From Alphaproteobacteria bacterium (GTDB lineage Bacteria > Pseudomonadota > Alphaproteobacteria > UBA828): a stretch of DNA of 64,000 nucleotides. Shown piece after piece: positions 1 to 10,914 of the stretch. The stretch is taken from contig CBDCCI010000002.1 in the NCBI GenBank assembly GCA_965214705.1, forward strand, positions 736,001 to 800,000. Reading direction: 5' to 3'. The position numbers were made by a program, and so were the translations under genes. Position 1 is the stretch's first letter. Each line of letters opens with the position of its first letter. Below the pieces are notes generated by a model, which did no database searches, had not been told where the DNA came from, and worked only from the letters and a program-made list of their open reading frames with translations.

Positions 1-1
1 A

Positions 2-127
2 GCCGTCTGGCGCGAGATCCTCTGGGTGATGCCGCGCGACCGCGAAGTCTCCATCAAGGTCCGCGAAGGCAAGGTCGCGGTGGAGTTCGGCCCCCAGACA
101 CCGGCGCCAGAGGGGGTGGCGGCATGA
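2..127 (+). CDS. 3' end of hypothetical protein (begins before the window)
   Basis: Open frame AVWREILWVMPRD...GVAA*; its stop overlaps the next ATG (ATGA at 124-127). Confidence 0.6.
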   Translation, partial: AVWREILWVMPRDREVSIKVREGKVAVEFGPQTPAPEGVAA

Positions 128-618
128 CCTGGTTCACAATTCAGGCCGCCTATGCCGGTTACTTCGCAAACACGGTCTCGGTCGAAGCTGAGACCCTCAA
201 GGAGGTGCTGGAGAAGGCCATCGAGGTGGCCAACCAGGACGCCAACTGGAAAAGCGTGGATCATTGCGGCCGGACTCATGTCGACGCTTGCTGCATGGGC
301 CGGGACGAAGATCCCTGGGACAAGAACAAGTCTCTGCCCGTGCCGGCCAGGTTCACGGAGCAGGGCGAGCCGCCCGTCGTCACCCTCACCGGCCCGCGCC
401 CGCCCGGCGGCGTGGAGGTGACGGGCGGCACGGTCCGCATACGCTTCGTGGACCCTGCCACCACCGTCACCACGGAGGTTTCAGATCCGCCGCCTCCGCC
501 CGGCAACAAGCCGGTGGTCACCGTCCGGCCAAGACCCGACGGGGCGCCCCAAGTCGAAGTCAGCGGCGGCAAGGCCATCGTAAGAATCCAGGGCTGGGAA
601 GGAGGCGACCATGCCTGA
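124..618 (+). CDS. Hypothetical protein, ICE/plasmid leading-region type
   Basis: 164-aa ORF, GC3-rich codons, translationally coupled on both sides. Confidence 0.75.
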   Translation: MTWFTIQAAYAGYFANTVSVEAETLKEVLEKAIEVANQDANWKSVDHCGRTHVDACCMGRDEDPWDKNKSLPVPARFTEQGEPPVVTLTGPRPPGGVEVTGGTVRIRFVDPATTVTTEVSDPPPPPGNKPVVTVRPRPDGAPQVEVSGGKAIVRIQGWEGGDHA

Positions 619-1027
619 GCCCGGCAACGCGAACGCATTCGGTCCCGCGATCTCGACCTACACCCGCGCCCAGGCGATCGAGGACGGCATCCTGGTCGAC
701 GTCTCCGACACCGCGCGCGATGCGGGCTTCACCATCCCCGTCGCGCTCACGCGCACCGTCTGGACCCGCCTGGTCGCTCTGCCCGAGGGATACAAGGGTT
801 TCCAGGACGAGCGCGGCCGGCTCTGGGACGTGCTCTGGATGGCGCGCCACTACGCGCTCCGCGCCTCCAACAGCGACCGCGTAACCATGTGCGTGCTGGT
901 GCGCGACATCCGCAAGGACCTCCGCGACAGCCACCGGCCGCCCCGCAAGCACTTCCCCATCGTGGCGATCGGCTCCGGCGACAAAGGTGAGCCCGCGATC
1001 ACGATCATGTTTCCCGGGGACGACTGA
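611..1027 (+). CDS. DUF6573-like plasmid/ICE protein
   Basis: Motifs YTRAQAIEDGILVDVS, QDERGRLWDVLWM and C-terminal EPAITIMFPGDD; GGAGG RBS. Confidence 0.75.
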   Translation: MPEPGNANAFGPAISTYTRAQAIEDGILVDVSDTARDAGFTIPVALTRTVWTRLVALPEGYKGFQDERGRLWDVLWMARHYALRASNSDRVTMCVLVRDIRKDLRDSHRPPRKHFPIVAIGSGDKGEPAITIMFPGDD

Positions 1028-1133
1028 GCGCGCCTTCACCACCCCGGTCTCTCCCGCGCCGCCAGGAGCAGCGTGTGGCGTCCGTCGGGCGAGCGGCGCG
1101 GAACCTGGAGGACTCCGGCGCCGCCTCCCGCTC

Positions 1134-1559
1134 TTCCGCCATCGCCGCTGCCTGATCCCTGCCGACGGGTTCTACGAGTGGCAGCGCCGGGGCGGAACCC
1201 GGCAGCCCTGGCTGTTCGGCCTGCGGGACGGCGCACCCCTGGTATTCGCGGGCCTGTGGGAACGCTGGACGGTGCCGGAGGACGCGGCGCTCACCGGGTC
1301 GCTCGCCGAGCGCAGCCCCGGCGATGCGGTCGAGACCTGCACCATCCTCACCACCGCCGCCAACGAGACGGTGGGGCCGGTCCATGGCCGCATGCCGGTC
1401 ATCCTGCCGCCGGACGCCTGGAGCGCCTGGCTCGCCGGCGAGGACGTGCCGCTCGCGCCCTGTCCGGCGGACGACATGACCGCCCATCCGGTTTCGATGC
1501 ACGTCAACCGGCCCGCCAACGACGACCCGCGCTGCGTCGAAGCCGTCGCGCTGAGCTGA
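1134..1559 (+). pseudogene. SOS response-associated peptidase (SRAP/YedK) C-terminal fragment
   Basis: RRCLIPADGFYEW, FAGLWE and HGRMPVIL motifs; the N-terminal MCGR with the catalytic Cys is absent. Confidence 0.85.
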
Positions 1560-1583
1560 TCCCGGCCCGCCCGTTGACCTGAG

Positions 1584-3743
1584 CCCAAGTTGGCACTTTT
1601 CCGCTGCCTGTGTTCCCTATTGGTTTGATTCAACGCGATATTTTTCTCGGTCGATTCCAACATGGCCCCACATTTTGTGAGATTCTGTCAGCTCATCAGA
1701 CGGGTCCTCGTGCGGTGGATGGCGGGGTCCACGCCCGCCGCCGAGGAGATTGCGGCAACCTCGGCGGCCGGGCGCGTGTCCTGGCGGTTGACGATCAAGG
1801 TGCCGTCGGTCTGGCGCAGGCGCGTGGTGATCCGCACCCAGGTCCGCATGCTCTCGCGGATCGACGCCCAGCACTTGTGGATGCCGCGCGCGGCCAGCCG
1901 GGTACGGATCAGATGCACGGCGTGGTAGGCCAGCACGGCGATCAGCAGGTGGGCCGCGATGCGCCGGTCGAGCTGGTGCCAGATCGGGCGAAGGCCGAGC
2001 TCGGATTTCAGGCTCCGGAATGTCGCCTCGATATCCGTGATCCGCCAGTACGTCCGCAGGACCGTCTCGATGTCCCAGTCGACGTGGCTGGTGCGCAGCA
2101 CATAGGCACCGGCGCCCTCATCGGCCTCGTCGTATCGCGGCCTGCGCTTGAAGCGCACGGCGGTGGCATTGGGGCCGGTTTTCGCCCTCTCGACCGTGAT
2201 CTCGTAGTGCCTGGCGACGGCGGAGAAGCGCTGCTTGAGGCGGCCTATGCTCTCCAGCACCTTGTCGTAGCGCTTGAGGCGGCCCTTGACCGGGAGGCCG
2301 CCGTGGAGCCTTTCCAGCGCCGCCTCGAAGCGGTTCCGCCTCAGGCCGATGATCGCGTTCTCGGCCTTCTTCTTGCCCTCGCTGACGACGTAGAGCCGCG
2401 CCTCGCCGTCCTCGCTGGCAAGCCGCCAGGCCCGCACCTCGTGGCGCGCGCTGGTGATCAGCAGGGCCTCGGGTCCGCCCTCGGGCGGCGCAGGCCTGGC
2501 ACCGCGGCTGACCGCGATCCAGTCGTAGCCCTGCTCGCCCAGCCACGCGATGTTTTTCTCGGTGGCGATGCCCGCGTCCATGACCACCGTGGGCTTCGGC
2601 GCCGTGCCGCCGCACACCGCCTCGAGCCGCGCCAGCGCCTCGTGCAGCGTGCCCGGCTCGCTCACGTTGCCCGGCAGGATCTCGCAACTGCGCGGGAAGC
2701 CCGCGCCGTCGAGCGCCAGCGCCAGCGTGATGAGGGGACAGTCGTCGCGCTTCTGCTTGGAGCGCCCGAACCTGGGAAGCTCGCCGCCCGTGTGGCCGTG
2801 GTAGTGGACGTTGGTGAGATCGTAGAAGGCGATCGTCTCGGGCAGGTCGAGCAGTGCGCGCTCACGGTTGAACAGCTCCCGCTGGATGGCGGCGCGGTGG
2901 CGCCAGAGCAGGTCGCCGATGCGGTAGAGCGTCTTGCGCCGCAGCGCCTTGCGGTCGCCCTCCAGGCCCAGGAGCTCGGCGGCCGCGCTGTCGTGGCGGA
3001 GCCAGCGGCTGGTATCACGCTCGCTGGCGGGATGGACCATCCTGGCGACGATCAGCGCGCTGGCGATGCGCCCGTCGCGGCCCTTGATGTCGAGGCCGTG
3101 GAGGATTTCGGCGAAGCCGAGGGCGTCGAGGGCCTTGAGGCACAGGCGCTCGCAGCCGACCGTGCGCGGGTTCTCGTGCTCCAGGGTATCGAGGTCGACG
3201 GTGGCGATGTCGGGCTTGCGCGCCTCTTCCTGCATCGCCTCGACGCGGAACCCCCTGGCCCTGAGCTTGGCGACGATGTCCTCGGCTGCGGCCCGCACAT
3301 CCGCCTCGCCCTCGAACAGCGGCGGCTTGCCGTGAAGCAGCGCCTCGGCGAGTTCGGTGACGGCCTTCCACTTCTCGCGCGGCACCGGATAGTCGGTGCC
3401 GAGATTGAGCAGCGTCCTGTGGCGCACCTTGTCGCCGACGCGCTGGGCGAGCACGAGGCGATGGCTTCGGACCGGCTGGCCGGCCTTGTCGGTGTGTGTC
3501 CTGGTTGCCTTGATGTACATGGCGGCGCCGTTTCTGCGATGCCTGTTTCGCATACACGGCGTTCGCGGCATCTGGCAAGAGGGATATCGACTCAACTCCA
3601 AAGTCCTGGCCCCACAATTGGCTTCCAGGACCACGAATGGCAAATGTGGGTCTCAGGTGTCCTCCAACCCCAACATCTAGTGGTTCAGCGCCGCAAAACT
3701 GGCTCGAACAGGCTCGGCTGGTCGGAAAAAGTGCCAACTTGGG
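1584..3743 (-). mobile_element. IS1634-like element, copy A (2160 bp)
   Basis: Terminal IR CCCAAGTTGGCACTTTT; 4-bp TSD TGAG (1580-1583/3744-3747); appears identical to 59802-61961. Confidence 0.9.
1688..3520 (-). CDS. IS1634-family DDE transposase
   Basis: FYDLTN, GRSKQKRDD, VMDAG and IEATFRSLKSELGLRPIWH motifs. Confidence 0.9.
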   Translation of the reverse strand: MYIKATRTHTDKAGQPVRSHRLVLAQRVGDKVRHRTLLNLGTDYPVPREKWKAVTELAEALLHGKPPLFEGEADVRAAAEDIVAKLRARGFRVEAMQEEARKPDIATVDLDTLEHENPRTVGCERLCLKALDALGFAEILHGLDIKGRDGRIASALIVARMVHPASERDTSRWLRHDSAAAELLGLEGDRKALRRKTLYRIGDLLWRHRAAIQRELFNRERALLDLPETIAFYDLTNVHYHGHTGGELPRFGRSKQKRDDCPLITLALALDGAGFPRSCEILPGNVSEPGTLHEALARLEAVCGGTAPKPTVVMDAGIATEKNIAWLGEQGYDWIAVSRGARPAPPEGGPEALLITSARHEVRAWRLASEDGEARLYVVSEGKKKAENAIIGLRRNRFEAALERLHGGLPVKGRLKRYDKVLESIGRLKQRFSAVARHYEITVERAKTGPNATAVRFKRRPRYDEADEGAGAYVLRTSHVDWDIETVLRTYWRITDIEATFRSLKSELGLRPIWHQLDRRIAAHLLIAVLAYHAVHLIRTRLAARGIHKCWASIRESMRTWVRITTRLRQTDGTLIVNRQDTRPAAEVAAISSAAGVDPAIHRTRTRLMS

Positions 3744-3829
3744 TGAGCGCCTCGCTCCCCGAGCGGGCGGCAGGAACCGGCGTCCGCGCTTCGTCCCCTT
3801 ACTTCACGCGTTTCTCCGCCCGGAGTCCG

Positions 3830-3900
3830 GCCAGCCGGAGCCGGGCAGGCCGGCGGGCCGTCGCGGGAGGACCCGCCGTGCGCCCAATCCCCGCCGCCAG
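3830..3900 (+). repeat. Leading-region intergenic repeat, copy 1
   Basis: GGAGTCCGG(C/T)CAGCCGG...GGGCAG core shared with the reverse complements of 10915-11035 and 13445-13590. Confidence 0.65.
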
Positions 3901-3983
3901 CCCCGGAGTGCGATTTCCGCACCCCGGAATGCTCCCCAAGGGCTACCTCCGCATCGAACCCGACTGACCCAGGCGAGACGACC

Positions 3984-4322
3984 ATGCATCTCACCGACAT
4001 CGTCATCGACGAAATCGTCAAGGTCGACGACCTTCCCTGCCACGCCATCGGCCGCGCAACCTTCACCAACGGACGCCAGTACCACTTCACGGCCATGTTC
4101 GCCCAGGCCTACGGCGACAGCCGCGTCTTCGTGCGCCGCCACGCGGGCGAACAGGAGCTCCACCCAGGCAGCCGCGCCGCGCGGGCCATATACGACCGGC
4201 TCGGGTTTGGCGACATCGCGACCCGCGAACGCGCCGCGATCGGCGCATTCGAGTACGAGCGCGTCGCCGCGTGCGAGGAGCTGATGACGCAGCCTCGCCG
4301 CGATCCTTCGCCTCCAGCCTGA
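3984..4322 (+). CDS. Hypothetical protein
   Basis: 112-aa ORF with good codon bias, co-oriented with its neighbours. Confidence 0.7.
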   Translation: MHLTDIVIDEIVKVDDLPCHAIGRATFTNGRQYHFTAMFAQAYGDSRVFVRRHAGEQELHPGSRAARAIYDRLGFGDIATRERAAIGAFEYERVAACEELMTQPRRDPSPPA

Positions 4323-4398
4323 CCCCAGGGCCATCGCCGGCCCTTCGCTCGACCGCCCGAGCGCCCTTCCTTCCGACCCACGACCGGAAAGAACCGCC

Positions 4399-4991
4399 AT
4401 GCCCCAGGTCATAGAGATCACGGTCTACGCCATCGACGAGCTATCGGACGCGGCCAAGGAAGCGGCCCGCGCCTGGTATCGGGAGTCCTGCCTCGACCAC
4501 GAGTGGTACGACTTCGTCTACGAGGATTTCGGGACGATCTGCGGGATTCTCGGCGTCTCTCTCGGGACGACCCCAGTGCGCCTCTATGGCGGCGGAACGC
4601 GCGACAAGCCCAAAGTGTATTGGACCGGTTTCAGCTCACAGGGCGACGGCGCATCGTTCGAAGGCTCCTATGCCCACGCCAACGGAGCGGCCAGAGCGAT
4701 TCGGGCCCATGCGCCCAAGGATGACGAGCTGCACCGCATCGCGGACGCCTTGCAAGCCGTCCAGAAGCGCAATTTCTGGCAATTGCACGGCACAATCACT
4801 CAGCGCGGGCGCTACTGCCACGAGCACACCATGTCCATCGAGGTGGAGCGCGACAGCCCGACCTGGCGGCCGCCGACCGACGATGCCGAGGACGCGGTGA
4901 CCGAGGCCCTGCGCGATCTGGCGCGCTGGCTCTACCGCCAGCTCCGCGCCGAGTACGAGCACCTGACCTCGGACGAAGCGATCGACGAGAC
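4399..4991 (+). pseudogene. Conserved ICE protein (often labelled 'antitoxin of toxin-antitoxin stability system'), 5' part; split by inversion A
   Basis: VYAIDELSDAAKEAARAWYR and GFSSQGDGASF motifs; the last 16 codons lie on the minus strand at 13681-13634. Confidence 0.8.
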
Positions 4992-5282
4992 GCCCCCGGC
5001 CGGGTCGTAGCCGACGCTCCCGTCGGCGGCGACGACGACCTCGCAGGCCGGCGTGTCGGTCGGGCAGTGGATGGTTACGTTGCCACGGTCCTGGGCCATG
5101 CCGGACTCGACGGTGATGCGGCTCCCCGGATCGAGCCCGTGGTTCGCGGTCACGCCGGCAAGAGCCCTGACGTCTTCGGTCAGTGCCGGTTGCCCGCCAC
5201 CGCCGGCACAACCGGACATCGCCGCCGCGAACGTCACGGCCGCCGCCAGCAGATAGACGCGCCGAAACTCCCCGATGCGCAT
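4989..5282 (-). pseudogene. Lipoprotein 1 (TbpB-like C-terminal barrel), N-terminal part
   Basis: Signal peptide and lipobox-like MSG-C; joins in frame to 13683-14525 through GTC. Confidence 0.8.
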
Positions 5283-5432
5283 CGGGAACGATCCCTTGGA
5301 GTCATAGTGCATGCATCGAACCTTTCACTGTCCGGCGCCGCACGCGACCCGAGCGACTGCCTGCGTGGGCGGCGGAGCGGGAGCGAGGACGCCGCGAAGG
5401 GAAGACGGGTCGGGGCCTTTTGCCGGCAAGCG

Positions 5433-5981
5433 TCACGGGGTAACGCGCTTTCCGCCGAACGCTCCGGCCACGCCGTCGCGTTCGAACACGCCGCCGACCT
5501 CTTCCTCGTCGGGACCGTAGAACCGCCCCGAGATGGTGTCGTCCGGGGCGTTCCGCCGGGCGAAGCCGCCTTCCTCCACAGTCATGCGGCGCCACGCCAT
5601 GTCGTCGCGGCGTTCGCCGGTCTCGGTATTGGCGATGTCGGTGAACTCGACGTCCGCCGTGATCGCGCTCGCGCCGAACTCGACCGTCACGCCGGCATCT
5701 CCCCGGATCGTCTGGCCGCGGCTGGGCGATGCCCTCATCTCGCGGCCGATCATCAGGCCCTCCCAGCGGGCCGATCCCTCCGCGGCGCCGGGGTTCTCGC
5801 CCGTCGAGAAGCCGAACGAATAGCTCAACGCTACCGTCGCACCCCGGTCCGGATATCTGTCGCCCTTGAGCAGGACGGATTCCGTCGCGAAGAGGCTGTG
5901 GTCGAGCCAGCCGCCGAAGACGTGAACGTCCACGTTGTCGGTCGAGATGTCCTCCACCACCAGGCTCACGCCGCGGCGCGA
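5433..5981 (-). pseudogene. Lipoprotein 2 (TbpB-like barrel), C-terminal part
   Basis: GGWLDHS motif and ending GRFYGPDEEEVGGVFERDGVAGAFGGKR; joins in frame to 8470-8776. Confidence 0.8.
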
Positions 5982-8399
5982 CCGGGTTCGTGTCCGCCAG
6001 TTCCATCTCGCCCCCGCCCGCCGTCACCGTGAAGGCGGAGTCCGACGGCACAGACCCGTCCAGCGCCTCGTCGAAGACGAGCGTCAGCGTCGTCCCGTCC
6101 ACCGATGCCGAGGAGAATTCCGGCGCCCTGGTGTCCGCAGACGTGACGTTCTCCACCGTCTTGTCCGAGAAGCCCGCCACCGGGAGCTTTGCCTTGTCGG
6201 CGTCCCGGAGCGGATTCGTCGCCGGCTCGGCGTAGGCCACCGTCACCGTCTGGGCGCGGTGCGCCACCCCCGGGCGCAGGGTCAGCACCACCTGGTCGGG
6301 CTCGGGGCCGGCTTCGACGAAGCGAACCCTGAAGGCGACCGCGATGGGCGTCTGGTCCGTGCCGTCGACGCTCACGGTGAACGCCGCCGGCGCCGGCACC
6401 GAGTTCGTGTCCAGGTCCGCCTCGAAGACGATGGTCAGCCTGTCCCCGGTCACGCTCGCGCTCTTGAACGCCGGCGGGGTGTTGTTGGCCACCGACACCG
6501 GGGGGCTAATCCCGAAGTTTACCACCTCATTGCCCGACAGGTCCCGCAGCGGCGTTCCCGTGGGCTTCTGGTAGAGCACGCCCACGGTCTGGTCGTGGAC
6601 CGCCGCATCGGCATCCTCCAGGGTCAGCGTCACCGCATTCCCGTCGACGGCGACGCTGGCGGGCGACTTGAAGCCAACCCCGAACAGGTTGGCCTTGAAT
6701 CGCGCCCGGCCCGGCACCGAGCTCTCGTCCAGAGGCTCGGAGAAGATCAGCGTCAGCACCTTCGCGCTCACCGTCGCCGAGGTGAGCGTCGGCACCGTCG
6801 AGTCAGTGGTGTTGTTGGTCACCGTCTTCGTGTCGCCGAAGCCCGTCACCGGAAGGTTCGCGTTGTCCGAATCCCGCAGCGGCTTCCCCCCCGCCTGATC
6901 GGCGTCGTAGGCCACCGTCACCGCCGGCAGGCTGCCGCCCACCGACTGGGCGAGCGTGAGCGTCACCGTCTCCCCGGAGACCGCGACCGCGCCGGTGGCC
7001 GCCAGGCCCACCTCGCTCCCGCCCACCGTCACGGTGAAGGCGTCCTTCCCCGGAACCGAGCCCGTGTCCAGCGCCCCTTCGAAGGTGACCGTCAGCGCCG
7101 CCCCGTTCACCGATGCCGAGGAGAAGGCCGGCGGCGTGTTGTTGGTCACCGACTGGGCCGGGAAGGATGCCAGCACGTTGCCGGACAGGTCCTTGAACTG
7201 ATTGGCGGCGGGGCCGGGGCGCAGGTATTGCACCGTCACCGTCTGGCCGTGGTCGTGGCGCACCGCGTTGTTCTCGTGAGACGTCAGCGTCACCGTGTCG
7301 CCGTCGATGGCGTAGCTCAAGGGTTTGGCGTTGAATGACGATGAGCCTCGGATGATGAACGGGGCCAAACTCCCTCCCTGCGGCACGCTCTCGTCCAGCG
7401 CCTCGGAGAAGGTCAGCGTCATCGTCGTCCCGTTCGCCGTCGCCGAGACGAACCGCGGCGCGGTCGAGTCCGCCGGGGTCTGGTTGGTCACCGACTCGCC
7501 CGAGAAGTCCGGCACCGGAAGCTTCGCGTTGTCCGGATCCCGCAGCGGATTGGCGTCGGGCGCGGCGTAGCCCAACGTCACCGTGCCGGCGGTGGCCAGC
7601 AGCGCCTCGGCGAGCGTCAGCACCACCATGCTGGCGTCGCCGGACTTGAAGGCGACCCCGGCGGGCGTCTGGTCCGTGCCGTCGACAGTGACGGTGAACG
7701 CCGACGCCGCCGTCACCGAACTCGTATCCAGGACCCCGTCGAAGGTGACCGTCAGCGCCGCCCCGTTCACCGATGCCGAGGAGAAGGCCGGCGGCGTGTT
7801 GTTGGTCACCGACTGGGCCGGGAAGGATGCCAGCACGTTGCCGGACAGGTCCTTGAACTGATTGGCGGCGGGGCCGGGGCGCAGGTATTGCACCGTCACC
7901 GACTGGCCGTGGCCGTGGCGCACCGCATTGTTCTCGTGAGACGTCAGCGTCACCGTGTCGCCGTCGATGGCGTAGCTCAAGGGTCTGACGTTGAATGACG
8001 ATGAGCCTCGGATGATGAACGGGGCCAAACTCCCTCCCTGCGGCACGCTCTCGTCCAGCGCCTCGGAGAAGATCATCGTCAGCGTCGTCGCGTTCGCCGT
8101 CGCCGAGACGAACCGCGGCGCGGTCGAGTCCGCCGGGGCGGCGTTGGTCACCGTCTCGCCCGAAAAGTCCGGCACCGGGAGCTTCGCGTTGTCCGGATCC
8201 CGCAGCGGGTTTGCGTCGGGCGCGGCGTAGCCCACCGTCACCGTGCCGGCGATGGCCAGCAGCGCCTCGGCCAGCGTCAGCTCCACCATGGTGGCGTCGC
8301 CGGACTTGAAGGCGACCCCGGCGGGCGCCTGGTCCGTGCCGTCGACGGTGAACGCCGACGCCGCCGGCACCGAACTCGTATCCAGGACCCCGTCGAAGG
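5978..8399 (-). pseudogene. Large SwmB-like repeat surface protein, internal fragment (upstream part)
   Basis: Repeated units of about 100 aa (SASVNGxxLTxxFDxxLD...VTVxY...PLRD); no native start. Confidence 0.85.
7081..8399. repeat. Near-identical 660-bp tandem duplication within the SwmB-like gene
   Basis: 7081-7740 and 7741-8394 align with few substitutions and one 6-bp indel. Confidence 0.9.
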
Positions 8400-8469
8400 C
8401 GACCCGATGCGTGCCGTTCCCGCCCTCGCCCATGGCCCGCAGGCGCCGGAAGCTCCCGCGGAGGATCGC

Positions 8470-8776
8470 ATGAGAAGAGGACTTCCGAATGCGTCCGCGG
8501 CGCTCCTGGTCGCGATCGCGCTTGCGGCCTGCTCCAGCTCCCCGGATCCGGCGCCGCCCACCGCGGAAGAGCAGGCCCGGTTCTCATACGAGAGCATCGC
8601 GAGCGGCTCGAACGCGTTTCTGATGGGCGACCATCTCGGCTATTCCGGCGCTGACGGCGCGGTGGAACGGGTGGGCGTCAGGTGCCTGGACGATACCTGT
8701 GCGGCCGCGTTCACGGGGTTCTTCCGGTCGAGCGAAGCGAGCGTCGAGACCGCGGAGCTTGAATTGCTCGGCTCGC
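8470..8776 (+). pseudogene. Lipoprotein 2, N-terminal part
   Basis: GGAGG RBS, signal peptide and LAA-C lipobox; broken at TCGC 8773-8776. Confidence 0.8.
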
Positions 8777-10289
8777 CGTCGACGGCCCGAAGGTGATGCT
8801 GACGCTTGCCTCGCCGGTGCTGCACGGCCAGGCGGTCACGGTGGGCTACACGAGGCCCGCGGCGACAGGCGCGAGCCGGCTCCGCGACGCCCGCTCCAAC
8901 GAGGTCGCGAGTTTCGCCGGCGAGGACGTGACGAACCGCGCGCCGGCCCCCGCGCCGATCGTCGCGTCGGTGGCGATCGAGTCCACGCCGTCGGTGGACG
9001 CGGACAACGACGGCACGCCCGAGACCTACGGCCTGGGCGAGAATATCCGGGTGAGGGTGACCTGGTCGTCGAAGGTGCGCTGGGACGTGTCGGCCGCGAA
9101 CGCGGCGGTCTCGGTGCGCCTCGACGTGGGCGGGACGCTCAGGCCGGCGGTGCTGGCGACGGGCGGCGCGACCGGCGGCGAGGCGCTTTCGCTCCTCTTC
9201 AGCTACCGGGTCGTGGCGGAGGACTCCGACACCGGCGGCATCGCGGTGACGCCGACCGCGGCAGGCGACATCGTGGCGCTCTCCAACGGGGCGACGCTCA
9301 CGGATGCGAAGGGCCGCAACGCCTCGCGCACCCACGCTGCGGTTCTCGGGGGCGCGGGCCACAAGGTGAACGGCGGCAGCGCACCGCCGGAGTCGCCACC
9401 TGGGGAGCCGGACGACCCGACGCGCGAGCTTGTCGATGCGACGGCGAGCGGCGTGACACTGGCGCTCACCTTCCACGAGGACCTCGCGCCGGCGGCCGAC
9501 CCGGCGCGGGCGGCGACGGCGCTGCGCCAGGCGTTCATCGTCCAGGGCGGGCGCTACCAGGGAGCCCCGGTCGTCAACCAGTCCCCCAACCGGGTGGCGG
9601 TCAGCGGCCGGGTGGTGCGGCTCACCCTGGGCCAGGCGGTAGCGCCCGGCCGGCCGGTCACGGTGACCTACGTCAAGGAGGGGGCCGCGGTCCGGCACCG
9701 GCTCAGGTTCGCCGGCGGCGACGAGGTGGCGAGCATCGACAACCATCCGGTCGCCAACGCCGGCGGGGCCGACCCGAAGCCCCGGCTGTCGCACGCGGCG
9801 GTGGAGGGGAGCACGCTCGTGCTGGTCTTCGACCGGGGGCTGGACACGGGCTCGGTCCCGGCGGGTTCCCGGTTCCAGGTGGAGGGCAGGGGGCTCGCGA
9901 CCATTTCAGGCACGGGCGTATGGATTCCCGGCGGGGAGATGGTCGTGGTCACGCTGGCTCGGGCGGTGCCCGCCAGCCAGGACGTGGTGAGGGTGCACTA
10001 CGCGAGGGGCAACGAGGCGAAGCCGCTGCGGGGCGTCGCCGGCCACGACGTGGCGGACATCAAGAACTGGTGGGCCGCGGCGCTCGACGGGATGGGCCCG
10101 GTGGCGGTCTCCGGCAGCGCCTCCGGGACGAAGGTGACCCTCTACTTCGACGAGGCGCTGTACGAGCCCTCAAAACCGTCGACCGGGGCGTTCACCGTCA
10201 AGGTCACGCCGAGCGGGGGGACGGAGGCGACCCGGGCCGTCAACCGCGTGGATGTGGATGGCACCGCGGTCGTCCTCACCCTGCCCTTC
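8773..10289 (+). pseudogene. SwmB-like repeat protein, downstream part, truncated
   Basis: Continues the repeat broken at 5981 (TNPVA|VDGPKVMLTL) and ends mid-repeat. Confidence 0.85.
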
Positions 10290-10386
10290 ACCGTTGACTG
10301 AAACGATCCTCATTATCTCATGGGCAGGCGCATATGGTCCGTTCTTGCCGGCCTTGCGGATCCGGCATGACGGCGGGGTGCGGATG

Positions 10387-10647
10387 TCAGTGAAGCGTCT
10401 TGTCGCGGGAGCCAGCGGCCATGGACCGGGCGACCAGCTTGCTCCAGGCGTCGCGGTCGAGGCCGAGGCGGCGGTTGAGCCTGTCGCACAGCCTCTCCGC
10501 ATCGGCGAGCGTGAGTGCTACGAGCGCGGTGGGGATGTAGCCGTCCATCCCCTCGAAGACGATGCGGATCTGCTGCGGCTGGTCGGGCAGCTCGTAAGAG
10601 GGCGCGAAGGCGAAGACCGGCTCCTCGGGAAGCTCGTGCGTGGCCAT
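10387..10647 (-). CDS. Hypothetical protein (86 aa)
   Basis: MATHELPEEP... ORF with good codon bias. Confidence 0.6.
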   Translation of the reverse strand: MATHELPEEPVFAFAPSYELPDQPQQIRIVFEGMDGYIPTALVALTLADAERLCDRLNRRLGLDRDAWSKLVARSMAAGSRDKTLH

Positions 10648-10654
10648 CGAAGGT

Positions 10655-10840
10655 GGCCTCGCGCAGGGTGCGGGCATCCAGCGCGCGGCCGGCCTCCAGG
10701 ACGGGCAGCAGGGTCCGGGCCGCGGCCAGCAGCGCGGCGGGCGCGGAAGTGGGCTGCGGCGGGGCGGGTTCGGCGATCGGGGAGACGGGGACGGCTGGCG
10801 GGCGAGCGGGCGCGGGCGGCGCCGGGTGGGCGTCGAGCAT
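10655..10840 (-). pseudogene. N-terminal stub of a strawberry-notch-like methylase/helicase of alphaproteobacterial ICEs
   Basis: AAARTLLPVLEAGRALDARTLREA resembles the N-terminus of that family; the rest is missing. Confidence 0.55.
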
Positions 10841-10914
10841 GAGCAGGCTCCGGTGACGGGGGTGCGGGAAGAGCCGCGGCGGCTCGGCGCGGGGCACTGC
10901 CCTTCACGCCGCTC

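Noticed and set aside
1610-3967. Long antisense ORFs over transposases and other genes (also 28387-30432, 36283-38934, 44406-47513, most of 59828-62698)
   Set aside because: Shadow frames of GC-rich genes; the opposite strand carries the recognisable motifs.
5302-8433. 1043-aa ORF as an intact surface protein
   Set aside because: Its start and last ~225 codons are read-through across the 8399 and 5981 junctions; only the middle is real coding sequence.
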